A stretch of DNA of 64,000 bases, taken from the NCBI GenBank assembly GCA_016720835.1, contig JADKJW010000002.1:199036-263035 (forward strand), written 5' to 3'. A program made the position numbers and the translations under genes. Below, in pieces: positions 37,229-47,821 of this stretch (positions are counted from its first letter, which is position 1; each line of letters begins with the position of its first letter). The notes beneath the pieces are model-generated. The model did no database searches and was not told the DNA's origin. It was given only the letters and a program-made list of their open reading frames with translations. The stretch is from Ignavibacteria bacterium (GTDB lineage Bacteria; Bacteroidota; Ignavibacteria; SZUA-365).

Positions 37229-37723
37229 CTAGAGGTGGGAGAGATTGATGACCCAGTCGTGTTTCATGCGGAGCACGCCGTCCATGCCGCGGAGGCGGTC
37301 GCCGATCGTCGCTTCGAGATCCTCGAAACTGCTGCCGCGGAGCAGGGCGACGATGTCGCATTCCCCGGTCGTCATCGAGCAGAACACGACGTGGGGATCC
37401 GCTTTCATGGCGTCGCGCACGGCATCGCGCGACTCCGGCTCCGTGTCCAGATACACGTAGCCGTGACAGGCGTCGTCGTCGGGCGTCGCGGCGCCTTCAT
37501 CGTCGGTTTCGATGTCGAAGCGCTCGATGTGGCCGATGCCCGGCAGGGCGGCAATGCCGCAGGGCAGTTCGGGACCGTCGAGCAGCACCTTCATCACGAG
37601 ATTGTGCTGGCCCTCCACCGCGTCCCAGCGAAGGACGCCCGGGCAGGTCCTGACGGCCTCCACGGCCGGCAGCATGGAATTCGTGTCAGGGAAACGCGCG
37701 ACGACGTAGGCATGGGTGATCAT
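37229..37723 (-). CDS. stand-alone tandem RAM-domain (Lrp/AsnC C-terminal ligand-binding domain-like) protein (164 aa)
   Basis: ATG at 37723 with AAGGAG RBS. There are two ~75-aa repeats (MITHAYVVARFPDTNSMLPAVEAVRTCPGVLRWDAVEGQHNLVMKVLL... / CHGYVYLDTEPESRDAVRDAMKADPHVVFCSMTTGECDIVALLRG...) resembling the AsnC-type regulatory domain. No HTH is present. Confidence 0.45.
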   Translation of the reverse strand: MITHAYVVARFPDTNSMLPAVEAVRTCPGVLRWDAVEGQHNLVMKVLLDGPELPCGIAALPGIGHIERFDIETDDEGAATPDDDACHGYVYLDTEPESRDAVRDAMKADPHVVFCSMTTGECDIVALLRGSSFEDLEATIGDRLRGMDGVLRMKHDWVINLSHL

Positions 37724-38231
37724 ACCTGGCTCCTTGAGGGTGCATGAATGGACGCCGCCCGGGCACAGCCGGACCGCGTCTCGGAATTTCCGCAACGGGA
37801 ATGAGGCGCAATGAAGCGGGGAGAGGAGAACAACACTGGAGGGCGGAGGTGCAGCTGATGCATGAGGTGCGGAAACGCGCCATTGCAGCGCGGGTGAATT
37901 CGTGACGGTGTCACGAAGAGTGAATCACGTAGCGTACCAACAGGTCCGAAAGGGCAAAGCGGCAGGAATATCGAGCGCCAATTTGCGCAATCGGACAATA
38001 CTGCACAAACGCTTCGCAAAATTGAGAATTCGGATAAATAATAGAGAGTATTTGTGCAATTGCGGGCCCCGGGGGTGTAACCCGCTGCATTCCCTGATTG
38101 TCAGTTCCCTGAGAATCGGCATATTGATCGAACGGAAGAATCCCGCACAGTCCCCCCTGGCGGGAGGCTTGACAGTGAGCCCCGGAAGTGCCGATCTTTC
38201 CTCCCTCGTTTCACACAGGAATTCTGATGAC

Positions 38232-39800
38232 ATGAAGCACCTCATGGTCCTTTTTTCGGTCCTGTGCGGCATTTCCGCGCAGGAGGGTCTCGCCCAGAAA
38301 GCCGGGGACGGTATTTTCGGCGGCATCCAGGTCCACACCATCAACCTGCGTTTCCCGCGGACGGATTATTGGGACTCCCTGCTCTTCTATTACAACCGCG
38401 GCGACGAGCAGTGCATCCTCGCGCATGCCGTGATCGACGGCATCGCCATCGACAGCATCGGTGTCCGTTTCAAGGGCAATTCCTCCTTCAACCATCCGAA
38501 CAACAAGAAATCCTTCCGTCTGTCCTTCGATGAGTTCAGGGACGACGGACGCTGGGACGCCTTGAAGGGCGTGCACCTCAACAACATGTGGGGCGACCCG
38601 TCCTTCATGCGCGAGAAGCTGTACCTCGATTTCTGCAGCGCCGCGGGCATCGCCGCGCCGCGAGCCAACTACGCGCGCCTCTCGATCAACGACACCCTCT
38701 TCGCCTTCTACTCGCTCGTGGAGCACGTGGACAAGACCTTCCTCGACACGCGCTTTTCGAACAAGGCCGGCAACCTCTTCAAGGCGGTGGACGGCATCGG
38801 CGCGGGCGACTCGCTCATCTCCGATTTCGCATGGCTCGGCCCGGACACTGCGCGTTATCTCCCCCGCTACGAACTGAAAACGGACGGATCCCTCACCGCC
38901 TGGCCGCAACTCATCGGTTTCATCGACACACTCGCGAACTCCTCCGACAAGGCCGCAACCATGCAGCGCGACGTCGACCTCCCCGCGCTCGACAAGGCGA
39001 TCGCAGCGGACATCCTCTTCGCGAACCTCGATTCCTACATCAACAGCGGACGGAACTTCTACGCGTATTTCCATTCGAAGACGGGCAAACTCTCCTGGAT
39101 CATCTGGGATGCGGGCCTCAGCTTCGGCGCCTACGGCGGCGGCGTTTCGACGCCCGAAAATCTCAACGTCACCTACCTGATCAACGCCGCGAACCGTCCA
39201 CTCGTCGGTACGATTTTCAGCGTGCCCGCTCTGGCGAACGAGTACCTCGTGACGCTGTGCGCGCTCCATTCCTCCTCCTTCACGGCGGCGCGCATGTTCC
39301 CGCACATCGACAGCGTCGCGGCCCTCATCCGGCCGCACATCTCCGCGGATCAGCGAAAGATGTACACCAACCAGCAGTTCGAGACGAACATTTCGAACGA
39401 CGTGACGGTCGGCGGCTCGCGCAAGCCGGGATTGAAGTCGTTTCTGACGGCCCGCGCCGCGAGCGTGCAGGCGCAGCTCACCGCGCTCGGCATTTCCTGC
39501 GTCACAGATGCGGAGCGTGCTGACGCCCCGGTGGCGATGCAGGTCGCGCTCGCGCAGAACTATCCCAATCCCTGCGCGCGGCGAACGACGATCAGCTACA
39601 CCCTGCCAGCGAGCGGACTCGCGACGCTCACGGTCTACGACGCGCTCGGCCGTGCCGCTGCAACACTCGTCGACCGCGCGGAGGACGCCGGAACGCACAA
39701 CGCCGCCTTCGATGCGAGCGCGCTGCCCGGCGGCATGTACCACTACGAACTCGTGCAGGGTCGGTCGCGCGCCGCGCGCACCCTCCTGGTACACCACTGA
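38232..39800 (+). CDS. CotH-family (spore-coat-protein-H-like kinase fold) secreted protein with T9SS C-terminal domain (522 aa)
   Basis: ATG at 38232 (MKHLMVLFSVLCGISAQEG signal). CotH-like segments (..NNKKSFRLSFDEF..; ..LDSYINSGRNFYAYFHSKTGKLSWIIWDAGLSFG..). The CTD is ..LAQNYPNPCARRTTISYTLPASG...ARTLLVHH. The antisense ORF 38211..39863 is junk. Confidence 0.65.
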   Translation: MKHLMVLFSVLCGISAQEGLAQKAGDGIFGGIQVHTINLRFPRTDYWDSLLFYYNRGDEQCILAHAVIDGIAIDSIGVRFKGNSSFNHPNNKKSFRLSFDEFRDDGRWDALKGVHLNNMWGDPSFMREKLYLDFCSAAGIAAPRANYARLSINDTLFAFYSLVEHVDKTFLDTRFSNKAGNLFKAVDGIGAGDSLISDFAWLGPDTARYLPRYELKTDGSLTAWPQLIGFIDTLANSSDKAATMQRDVDLPALDKAIAADILFANLDSYINSGRNFYAYFHSKTGKLSWIIWDAGLSFGAYGGGVSTPENLNVTYLINAANRPLVGTIFSVPALANEYLVTLCALHSSSFTAARMFPHIDSVAALIRPHISADQRKMYTNQQFETNISNDVTVGGSRKPGLKSFLTARAASVQAQLTALGISCVTDAERADAPVAMQVALAQNYPNPCARRTTISYTLPASGLATLTVYDALGRAAATLVDRAEDAGTHNAAFDASALPGGMYHYELVQGRSRAARTLLVHH

Positions 39801-39820
39801 GACCGAAGGGAGCTCACACC

Positions 39821-41968
39821 ATGTCACACGCATTCGCACACAAGGATTTCCGAATGAACGCACGCATACTCCGCTTCGCGTTGCTCGTGCTCTTCACGCA
39901 GACCACCGCGGCGCAGGACTGGCACTGGCTCAATCCGCTGCCGCAGGGCAACACCCTCACGGCCGCGCAGTTCGCCTCCGACGGGACCCTCTACGCCGCC
40001 GGGGATGGCGGCAGCGTGCTCAAGAGCGCGGACGGCGGCGCCTCGTGGAGCATCCTCTCCACCGGCACGCGCGCACAGCTCACGGCGCTGGCGGTGATCA
40101 GTCCCGAGCTCGTCTTTGCTGCAGGCGGTGACGGGACGATCCTGAAGACCAGCGACGGCGGCGCCACCTGGACGAAGCTCCCGACCGGGACCTCGTCGTG
40201 GCTCTTCGGCATCGCCTTCGCCAACGCCAACACCGGCTTCGCCGTCGGCGATGCGGGCATCATCCTGAAAACCACCAACGGCGGCGCGTCGTGGGTGGAG
40301 CTGGTCAGCGGCAGTCCGAATCCGCTCTCCGCCGTCGCGGCCATCGATGCTTCCATCGTGTACGCCTCGGGCGTCTCGGGCACCATCCTGAAAACCATCG
40401 ATGGCGGCAAGAACTGGATCCTACAGACGACGGGCACCTTCAACGGCCTGTACTCCCTCTCGTTCACGAGCGCGAACACGGGATACGCCGTTGGCAACGG
40501 CGGTATCATTCTGAAGACCACCGATGGCGGCGCCACATGGCTGCCGCAGACGAGCGGTACGGGAGACTGGCTGCTGTCCGTCACCTTCCCGACTCCGGAC
40601 ACCGGCTATGCCTGCGGCTATAACGGCACGGTTCTCGTGACCGGCAATGGCGGCGCAGTGTGGACGAAGCGCGCATCGGGCAAACCCGTCACCCTTGGCG
40701 CAATCGCGTTCTCATCCGCCAGCACGGGTTGCGCGGTCGGAGAGTTTGGCGCGATGCTCACCACCAGCGATGGCGGAGCCGCATGGCGGATCCGCTCGTC
40801 GGGCGGCAGCACGCAGTATTTCGGCGTGCACTTCCCGAGCGCGATGCTCGGTTTCGCTGTCGGCGATAACGGCATCATCAGCAGAACGACGGACGGTGGA
40901 TCCTTCTGGGTGGATCGCAACAGCGGCACCGCCAACATGCTCCAATCAGTCTTCTTCCCCGACACGTCGACGGGATACGCCGTCGGCGATGTCGGCACGA
41001 TTCTCAAATCCGTGGACAATGGCAGGACCTGGCTCCCGCTCAACAGCGGCGTGTCGGACTGGCTCATGTCCGTGCATTTTCCGAGCCCATCGATCGGCTA
41101 TGCAAGCGGCTACAACAACACGATTCTCAAGACCACGAACGGCGGAGTCGACTGGGTGCGGCAGAAAGGCGGCGGTACCGATGTCATCACGTCCATCCAT
41201 TTCGTGACCAGCGACATCGGCTACGCGGTGGGTGGCGATGGATACGGAACCAACGGCATGATCTTCAAGACCACCGACGGGGGCGCCGTCTGGACGCATC
41301 AATACGATCATCCCTCCTCCATGCTGATGTCCGTCTACGCATCCGGGCCGGATGTCTGCTATGCCGTGGGCTACAACGGGACCATCGTGAAGACGACGAA
41401 TGGCGGTGCGGACTGGCAGTATCTGACCGACGAAAACAGCAGCATCCTCTACTCCGTCACCCTGTTGAGCGCGACGCACGCCTTCACGGCCGGCTACAAC
41501 GGGACCATTCTCGAATCAACGGACGGCGGAGACACCTGGATCGAACACCGCAGCGGCACCAACAACATGCTGACCGGCATCGTCTTCCCGGACGCGGCTA
41601 CCGGGTATGCGGTTGGAGCGGGTGGAACGATTCTGAAATCAGGCGCCTTCGTCAACGCGGTACACCAGCCCCTGGAAGTCGCTCGCACCGAAACATTCAC
41701 GCTGTCCCAGAACTTCCCGAACCCCTTCGGCGCAGCAACGGGTTCTCCGGCAACGACGATCGCCTTCCGGCTTTCCATCGCATCCCCCGTGCAGATCCGG
41801 GTGTACTCGATGCTCGGAGTTCACGTGGCCACCCTCGTCGACGGGCGTCTCGATGCTGGCGACCATCTCGCGCGCTTCGACGCGTCGGCCCTCCAGGCAG
41901 GAGTGTATTTTTGCACCGTCAACGTCAACGGACTCACCCGCACGATGCGGATGCTCCTGTCCAAGTAA
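39821..41968 (+). CDS. Ycf48/BNR-like repeat beta-propeller protein (two propellers?) with T9SS C-terminal domain (715 aa)
   Basis: There are ~12 repeats of W..L..GT...L..I.F.....G.AVG..G.ILKT.DGG.TW. The CTD is FTLSQNFPNPFGAATGS...TRTMRMLLSK. Alternative start MNARIL at 39854. Confidence 0.6.
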   Translation: MSHAFAHKDFRMNARILRFALLVLFTQTTAAQDWHWLNPLPQGNTLTAAQFASDGTLYAAGDGGSVLKSADGGASWSILSTGTRAQLTALAVISPELVFAAGGDGTILKTSDGGATWTKLPTGTSSWLFGIAFANANTGFAVGDAGIILKTTNGGASWVELVSGSPNPLSAVAAIDASIVYASGVSGTILKTIDGGKNWILQTTGTFNGLYSLSFTSANTGYAVGNGGIILKTTDGGATWLPQTSGTGDWLLSVTFPTPDTGYACGYNGTVLVTGNGGAVWTKRASGKPVTLGAIAFSSASTGCAVGEFGAMLTTSDGGAAWRIRSSGGSTQYFGVHFPSAMLGFAVGDNGIISRTTDGGSFWVDRNSGTANMLQSVFFPDTSTGYAVGDVGTILKSVDNGRTWLPLNSGVSDWLMSVHFPSPSIGYASGYNNTILKTTNGGVDWVRQKGGGTDVITSIHFVTSDIGYAVGGDGYGTNGMIFKTTDGGAVWTHQYDHPSSMLMSVYASGPDVCYAVGYNGTIVKTTNGGADWQYLTDENSSILYSVTLLSATHAFTAGYNGTILESTDGGDTWIEHRSGTNNMLTGIVFPDAATGYAVGAGGTILKSGAFVNAVHQPLEVARTETFTLSQNFPNPFGAATGSPATTIAFRLSIASPVQIRVYSMLGVHVATLVDGRLDAGDHLARFDASALQAGVYFCTVNVNGLTRTMRMLLSK

Positions 41969-41986
41969 GCCGTCACATCTTTCATC

Positions 41987-44900
41987 ATGGAGACCGCGTC
42001 GATGCCCGCCAGCAGAAATGCACACCTCATTCTCGCGATCGTTCTGACAGTGCTGGTCCCGGTGCTGCGCACCCACGCACAGGCCTTTCCGGGGTATACG
42101 CTCTACGGTCCGCTCGGGACGAAGAACACCTACCTCATCGACCTGAACAACACCGTCGTGCACACCTGGGCAAGCAGCAGGAATGGCGGCTACGCGGCAT
42201 ACCTGCTCGCGGACGGCAGCATCATGCGCACCGCACAGGCGACGAATCCGCAGATCAACGGCGGCGGCGGCCAGGGCGTCGTGCAGCGCCTCGCCTGGGA
42301 CGGGACGCAGGTCTGGACCTACACGTACAGCAGTTCCACCTACCTCTCGCATCACGACGTCTGCGTCATGCCAAACGGCAACGTGCTCATGATCGCCTGG
42401 GAAGTGAAATCGTCATCGCAGTGCGTCGCAGCCGGTCTCGATCACACCGCATCCATCTGGCCCGACCACATCATCGAGGTGCAGCCGACAGGATCCAGCG
42501 GCGGCAACATCGTCTGGAAATGGCATGCGTGGGATCATCTCATCCAGGACCACGACGCGACGAAAGCAAATTACGGCGTCGTGGGTGATCATCCAGAACT
42601 CCTCGACATCAATGCCGGAAACGTGACCTCCGGGGATTGGATGCACCTGAACAGCGTCAACTACAATCCCGAACTGGACCAGATCGTCTTCTCCTCCCAC
42701 AATCTCAACGAAGTGTATGTGATCGACCACAGCACGACCACTGCGGAGGCCGCAAGCCACAGCGGAGGAAACAGCGGCAAGGGCGGTGATTTCCTGTACC
42801 GTTGGGGGCAGTCCTGCAAATTACCGCGCGCCGGGCTCGGCGTATTTCAACGTCGTGCATTGCGGATCGTGGATTCCGGCCGGCCTGCCAGGCGCGGGCC
42901 ATATCATGGCCTTCAACAATCGGCAGGGACAAGGCACCTCGATCATCGCGGAGATCATCCCGCCCGGAAACGGCAGCGGACAGTATCCGTTGACGCCCGG
43001 CACTGCATGGGCGCCCACGGCGCCGACGTGGACGTACACCGCGGGTGGTTTCTACTCGAGCCACCTCGGAGGCGTGCAGCGCCTGCCCAACGGCAACACC
43101 CTGATCGCGCAGTCCACGAGCGGCAAGATGCTGGAAGTCACCTCGGGGGGTGCCGTGGTGTGGAGCTTCACTCCCGGCGGCGAGATTGTGCGGGCCTACC
43201 GATACGCGACGGATTATTCCGGAATCCTCCTCAGCGGCTTGAAGGTCTCGAAGGTGGAGGTCTCCGCACCCACGCTCACGTCCTGGCCGACCGTCTCCGT
43301 CCCCTTCCGCGTCACATGTCTGGACACGGTCCGCTACGGTCTCGACAAGAGCTGGTTCACGATTCTGGAGGACACCGCGCGCATCACCAATTTCACCATT
43401 TCGTGCCCGGGCTCCGGCACCGGGATGTGCACGCTCAGCTACACGTCGTCCTGCCCGGACGGCGCGCAGCGCGCGCTGTCCATCCGTTTCTCGGGATACT
43501 GCTCCCTCGACACCACGGTGGTGAAGAATATCACCGTGCCGCGCGATACGGCCGCGCTCGCGCCGGTGCATGTTGCGCTCGCGGATGTCGCCGTGAAGGA
43601 TCTGACCCTGGCCACCGTGCCGCTGAACCTGCTCGACCCGCTGTCGAACCAGACCCTGGCGCCGTCCACGTTCGAGGTGCGCTACGACAGGGCGCTCTGC
43701 GAATTCGTCGGCATCTCCACGCCTCCTGGATCGCTCCTTGCCGGCGTCAGCATCTCGGAAACGCCGACGCCGGAAGGGATGAAGTTCTCGATTCCCTCCC
43801 CGCGCGTCGTCACAGGGAGCGGAAAGCTCGCGGACCTCGTGTTCCGCCGCGTTGCGACGGGCGCGTCCGTGCGCGCGGGGTTGCATCTCACGGGGTGGGC
43901 CTTCGCCTCCGGATGCCTCAAGGCCCTGCAGGGCGACGGCAGCGCGACGTACGAAAGCACGCAGCGCATGTCCGCCTCCCTCCCCGATTCGAGCAGCATC
44001 GACTTCGGCGAAGTGATTCTCGGGCAATCGGCAACGCGCTCCTTCATCCTGCGTAGCACCGGGGAGGGAGCGCTGACCGTCCACGCGCTCGCCGTTGCGG
44101 GCGCGAACGCGGCGGACTTCACGGCCGTCTCCCCCGCGGCGCCGCGCGTGCTCGCGGCGGGCAAATCAGATACTGTTGTCCTGAAATATTCCCCGGCGAT
44201 TCCGGGGGCGGGCACGGGAACGTTGACGGTGCAGTGCGACGATCCGACGCGTCCATCGTTCACAGTATTTCTCACCGGTTCCTGCATCGCACAGGCGCGG
44301 CGTCCGGTCCTGTCGTGCTCGGTGGCCGATTCCGGCACGCTGGACTTCGGCACGGTGACGCAGCACGGCACCGTGACCAGGACCCTGGTGATGACGAATA
44401 CCGGCAGCAGCCCGTTGCAGGTGTCCGGCGAAACCGTCACGGGCGCGAATGCCGCCGATTTCGCCCTCACGAAAGGCAATGGCCCGCATACGATCGCCCC
44501 CGGACTCTCAGACACCCTCGTCCTCACCTTCTCATGGAGGGCCACCGGCGCCCGCAGCGCGACCCTCACGCTCGCAAGCAATGATTCGACGAAGCAACCC
44601 TACACGGTGTTCCTGACCGGCATCGGCGCGCTGGTCGATTATTCACTCACGTCCACCGTCACCATCCTGGATTTCGGCTCCGTGGTGATCGGAAAGGATT
44701 CCGTCCGCGCGGTCCGGCTTGCCAACGGCGGACGCCTCGCGGTGCCCGTCCTTTCGCAGGTCCTCGCGGGAGCGGATTCGTCACAGTTCTCGCTCACGCG
44801 TCGCAGCGCGTCCACGATTCCCGCAACGGGCGCCGATTCCATTCTCGTGCAGTTTCGTCCGCAGGCCGCGGGCCAGAAGACCGCCGAGCTGCGCGTGACC

Positions 44901-45929
44901 TGGAGCGATCAGCAGGCGGGCCAGACGATCCCGGTCGTGTTGCGGGGTGCGGGCGTCGCGGTGATGCGCCCGATTCTGCGGACCCATGTCGACACGCTGC
45001 GCTTCGACACGACAGTCGTCGGCACGCCCGTCCACGGGACCCTGGTCGCGACCAATGCCGGCAACGCGGCGCTCGTCGTGCAGTCGCAGGGCCTTTCGGG
45101 AGCGGACGCCGCGCGTTTCTCGTCGCAGACATCCCTCCCGCGCACCTTGCAGCCGGGCGACACGGCGCGCCTCGCGTACACGTTCACGCCCGCCGCGGAA
45201 GGGCCCGCCACCGCGATGCTCGTGTTGACGAGCAATGATGCCGTGGCGCCGAACACGACCGTGCTCCTGCTCGCGCACGCCATGGCCGCGCCGTCGCCGC
45301 GCATCGCCGCGAGCCTGTCCGCCGTGGATTTCGGCGACGTGACCGTGGGATCGACAAAAGACACATCAGTCCTGATTTCAAACACCGGCACCGCCGATCT
45401 CCTGCTCTCCGGACAAGCGGTGACGGGTGCGGACGCCACGCAGTTCGCGGTGCCCGTCCCGGCGTCCGCGACCGTGTCCGCGGCGCAATCATCCCGTGTG
45501 ACACTGCGATTCTCGCCCACGGACGCCGGTCCGAAATCCGCCATCTTCCGCGTCCTGTCGAACGACGGCCTGCAGCCGCAGCTCGACATCGCCCTCCGCG
45601 GCATCGGCAGCGCGCCCAGCGCGACGGACAACCCCGCGCGCGCGTCGCTCATCGATCTCGGACAGAACTATCCGAATCCCTTCGGCGCCGGCTCGCCGAC
45701 CGGCGGCGATCGCACCACGATTCCCTACCACCTCCGCGCCGCCGGGCACGTCACGCTTTCGGTGCGCGACATGCTGGGACGCGAGGTCGCCCTCCTGACC
45801 GACCGCTTCGAGGAGGCGGGCCGGCACACCGCGGAGCTGCACGCCCGCGCGCTGCCCGCCGGCATCTATGTGTACCAGTTGACCACAGGCGCCCGCGTCG
45901 CGTCGCGGACGCTGCTGCTTCTGCGATGA
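41987..45929 (+). pseudogene. ASST-like (arylsulfotransferase-type) beta-propeller fused to ~800 aa of choice-of-anchor-D/Ig-like modules + T9SS CTD; interrupted by a 1-bp insertion in an A3 run at 42818-42820
   Basis: Frame 1 (41987..) matches the paralog 45926..47518 up to ..GDFLYRWGQS and then becomes junk. Frame +1 (the 42786 ORF) continues ..NYRAPGSAYFNVVHCGSWIPAGLPGAGHIMAFNN.., collinear with the paralog (..NYGAPGSKVFDVVHCAVWIPEGVPGAGHIMAFNN..). Removing one A from tgcAAAttacc restores the frame. Downstream are repeated ~100-aa modules (DFGxVxxGxxxxRxxxxxNxGxxxLxV..GADAxxF..) and a T9SS CTD (..LGQNYPNPFGAG...TLLLLR). Confidence 0.6.
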
Positions 45930-47518
45930 GCGCGGCAGAATCCAACCACCACGTCCACTCTCACCACCCATTGCCGATGCACCCTGCTCCACGTCTCGCC
46001 GCCGCCCTCGCGCTGTTCTGCGCCATTCTCGCCGCACCCACCATGCCTGCGCGCGCGCAGGCCTTCGACGGATACACGCTCTACGCGCCGAACGGCTCGC
46101 GCACCACGTATCTCATCGACATGAAAAAGGCCACGGTGCACACCTGGACGCACACGAAGAGCATCGGCTATTCGTGCTATCTGCTCGGTGATGGAAGTCT
46201 GCTCCGCTCCACCATGGTCAGCAATCCCCAGCTGGGTTCGGGCGGCGCCACGGGCGTCGTGCAGCGCGTGTCGTGGGAAGGCGCCCTGCTCTGGAACTAC
46301 ACGTACAGCAGCGCCACGTACCTCGCGCACCACGACATCTGCGCGATGCCCAACGGCAACGTCCTCCTGATCGCCTGGGAAGTGAAGACCGCCGCGCAGG
46401 CGGTGGCGGCCGGACTCAAGCGCAGCACCGTCATCTGGCCCGATCACCTCATCGAAGTGCAGCCCACCGGTTCGAGCGGCGGCAACATCGTGTGGCAGTG
46501 GCATGCCTGGGACCATCTCGTGCAGGACTACGACGCCACCAAGGCGAATTACGGCGTGGTGGCCGACCATCCCGAACTTCTGAACATCAACATGGGCGCG
46601 AGCGGCATGGGCGTTCAAGGCGGGGATTGGATGCACATCAACGGCCTGAGCTACAATGCCGCCCTGGATCAAATCGTGATTTCCTCGCACACGCTCAATG
46701 AAGTGTACGTCATCGACCACAGCACGACGACCGCCGAAGCCGCCACGCATTCCGGCGGACGCTGGGGAAAGGGCGGCGACATCCTCTATCGCTGGGGCAT
46801 GCCTTCCAACTACGGCGCCCCCGGAAGCAAGGTGTTCGACGTGGTGCATTGCGCGGTCTGGATCCCGGAGGGCGTCCCTGGCGCGGGCCACATCATGGCG
46901 TTCAACAACGGCGCCGCGCAGCGGCGTTCCGTGGTCGTCGAACTGGCGCCTCCCGTGGACGGCAACGGCGCGTACACGCGCCAGGCGGGACAGGCGTTCG
47001 GACCCGCGAGCCCGAGCTGGTCCTACACCGCAAGCGATTTCTTCTCGAACCATCTCGGAAGCAATCAGCGCCTCCCGAACGGGAACACCTTCATGGTGGA
47101 ATCGACCACGGGAAACATGGTGGAATGCGATCCGGCCGGTGCGGTCGTGTGGAGCTACGCGAAAGGTGGAGAAATCGTCAGGGCCGTGCGCTACGCCCCG
47201 TCGTACCCGGGCGTGCAGAAGCTCACCGGCAACGGAGAGGTCCCGGCGCTTCCCTCGTCGCCGGAACTCGTCTCGATCTCGCCGAATCCCGTCTCCTCGA
47301 TGGCCACGGTGTCGTATCGCCTGCCGGAACGGATGACTGTCGCCATCACCGTCGTCGACGCGCTCGGGCGGGAGGTCGCGACGCTCGCGGACGGACTGTC
47401 CGACGCGGGTTCGCACAGCGCGCGCTTCGACGCCTCCGCGCTGCCCTCCGGCGTGTACTACTGCCGGATGCTCACCGCCGCAGGTGTTTCGATGCTGCCG
47501 CTGCAGCGAGTGCGATAA
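45926..47518 (+). CDS. ASST-like beta-propeller protein with T9SS-type C-terminal domain (530 aa), paralog of the upstream gene
   Basis: ATG overlaps the upstream stop (cgATGAgc). The signal peptide is probably MHPAPRLAAALALFCAILAAPTMPARAQA, so an internal start at 45977 is possible. Conserved blocks HHDICAMPNGNVLLIAWE, WHAWDHLVQDYDATKANYGV. The C-terminus LVSISPNPVSSMATVSY...VSMLPLQRVR is a T9SS CTD. Confidence 0.65.
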   Translation: MSAAESNHHVHSHHPLPMHPAPRLAAALALFCAILAAPTMPARAQAFDGYTLYAPNGSRTTYLIDMKKATVHTWTHTKSIGYSCYLLGDGSLLRSTMVSNPQLGSGGATGVVQRVSWEGALLWNYTYSSATYLAHHDICAMPNGNVLLIAWEVKTAAQAVAAGLKRSTVIWPDHLIEVQPTGSSGGNIVWQWHAWDHLVQDYDATKANYGVVADHPELLNINMGASGMGVQGGDWMHINGLSYNAALDQIVISSHTLNEVYVIDHSTTTAEAATHSGGRWGKGGDILYRWGMPSNYGAPGSKVFDVVHCAVWIPEGVPGAGHIMAFNNGAAQRRSVVVELAPPVDGNGAYTRQAGQAFGPASPSWSYTASDFFSNHLGSNQRLPNGNTFMVESTTGNMVECDPAGAVVWSYAKGGEIVRAVRYAPSYPGVQKLTGNGEVPALPSSPELVSISPNPVSSMATVSYRLPERMTVAITVVDALGREVATLADGLSDAGSHSARFDASALPSGVYYCRMLTAAGVSMLPLQRVR

Positions 47519-47554
47519 ACGACCTTCAATGATGACCGTTTTGCATCCCGCCCG

Positions 47555-47821
47555 TCACGATTCGATTGCCGTTGTGTACACATCTCTCCGGTGGCCGATT
47601 TGAAGGACGAGCACGGTCGAGTCCATGATCGCGAAGATGATCCGGAAATCCCCGACGCGCATTCTCCGAAGTCCCGCGAAGGATCCGGACAGCGCCGGAT
47701 GCCTGTCCGGTTTCCTCGACAGATCTGCTTCGATCTGATCGAGGATACGTCGCGCGTCCGCTTTCGAGAGCCGTTTCAGATCGCGCGTGACGGAGTTTTT
47801 GTACGCGATCTCATAGGCCAA
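47555..47821 (-). CDS. ParE/RelE-family type II toxin (88 aa, TTG start)
   Basis: (L)AYEIAYKNSVTRDLKRLSKADARRILDQIEADLS...GDFRIIFAIMDSTVLVLQIGHRRDVY is the classic ParE/RelE pattern. It overlaps the antitoxin 3' end by 11 nt. Confidence 0.65.
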   Translation of the reverse strand: MAYEIAYKNSVTRDLKRLSKADARRILDQIEADLSRKPDRHPALSGSFAGLRRMRVGDFRIIFAIMDSTVLVLQIGHRRDVYTTAIES

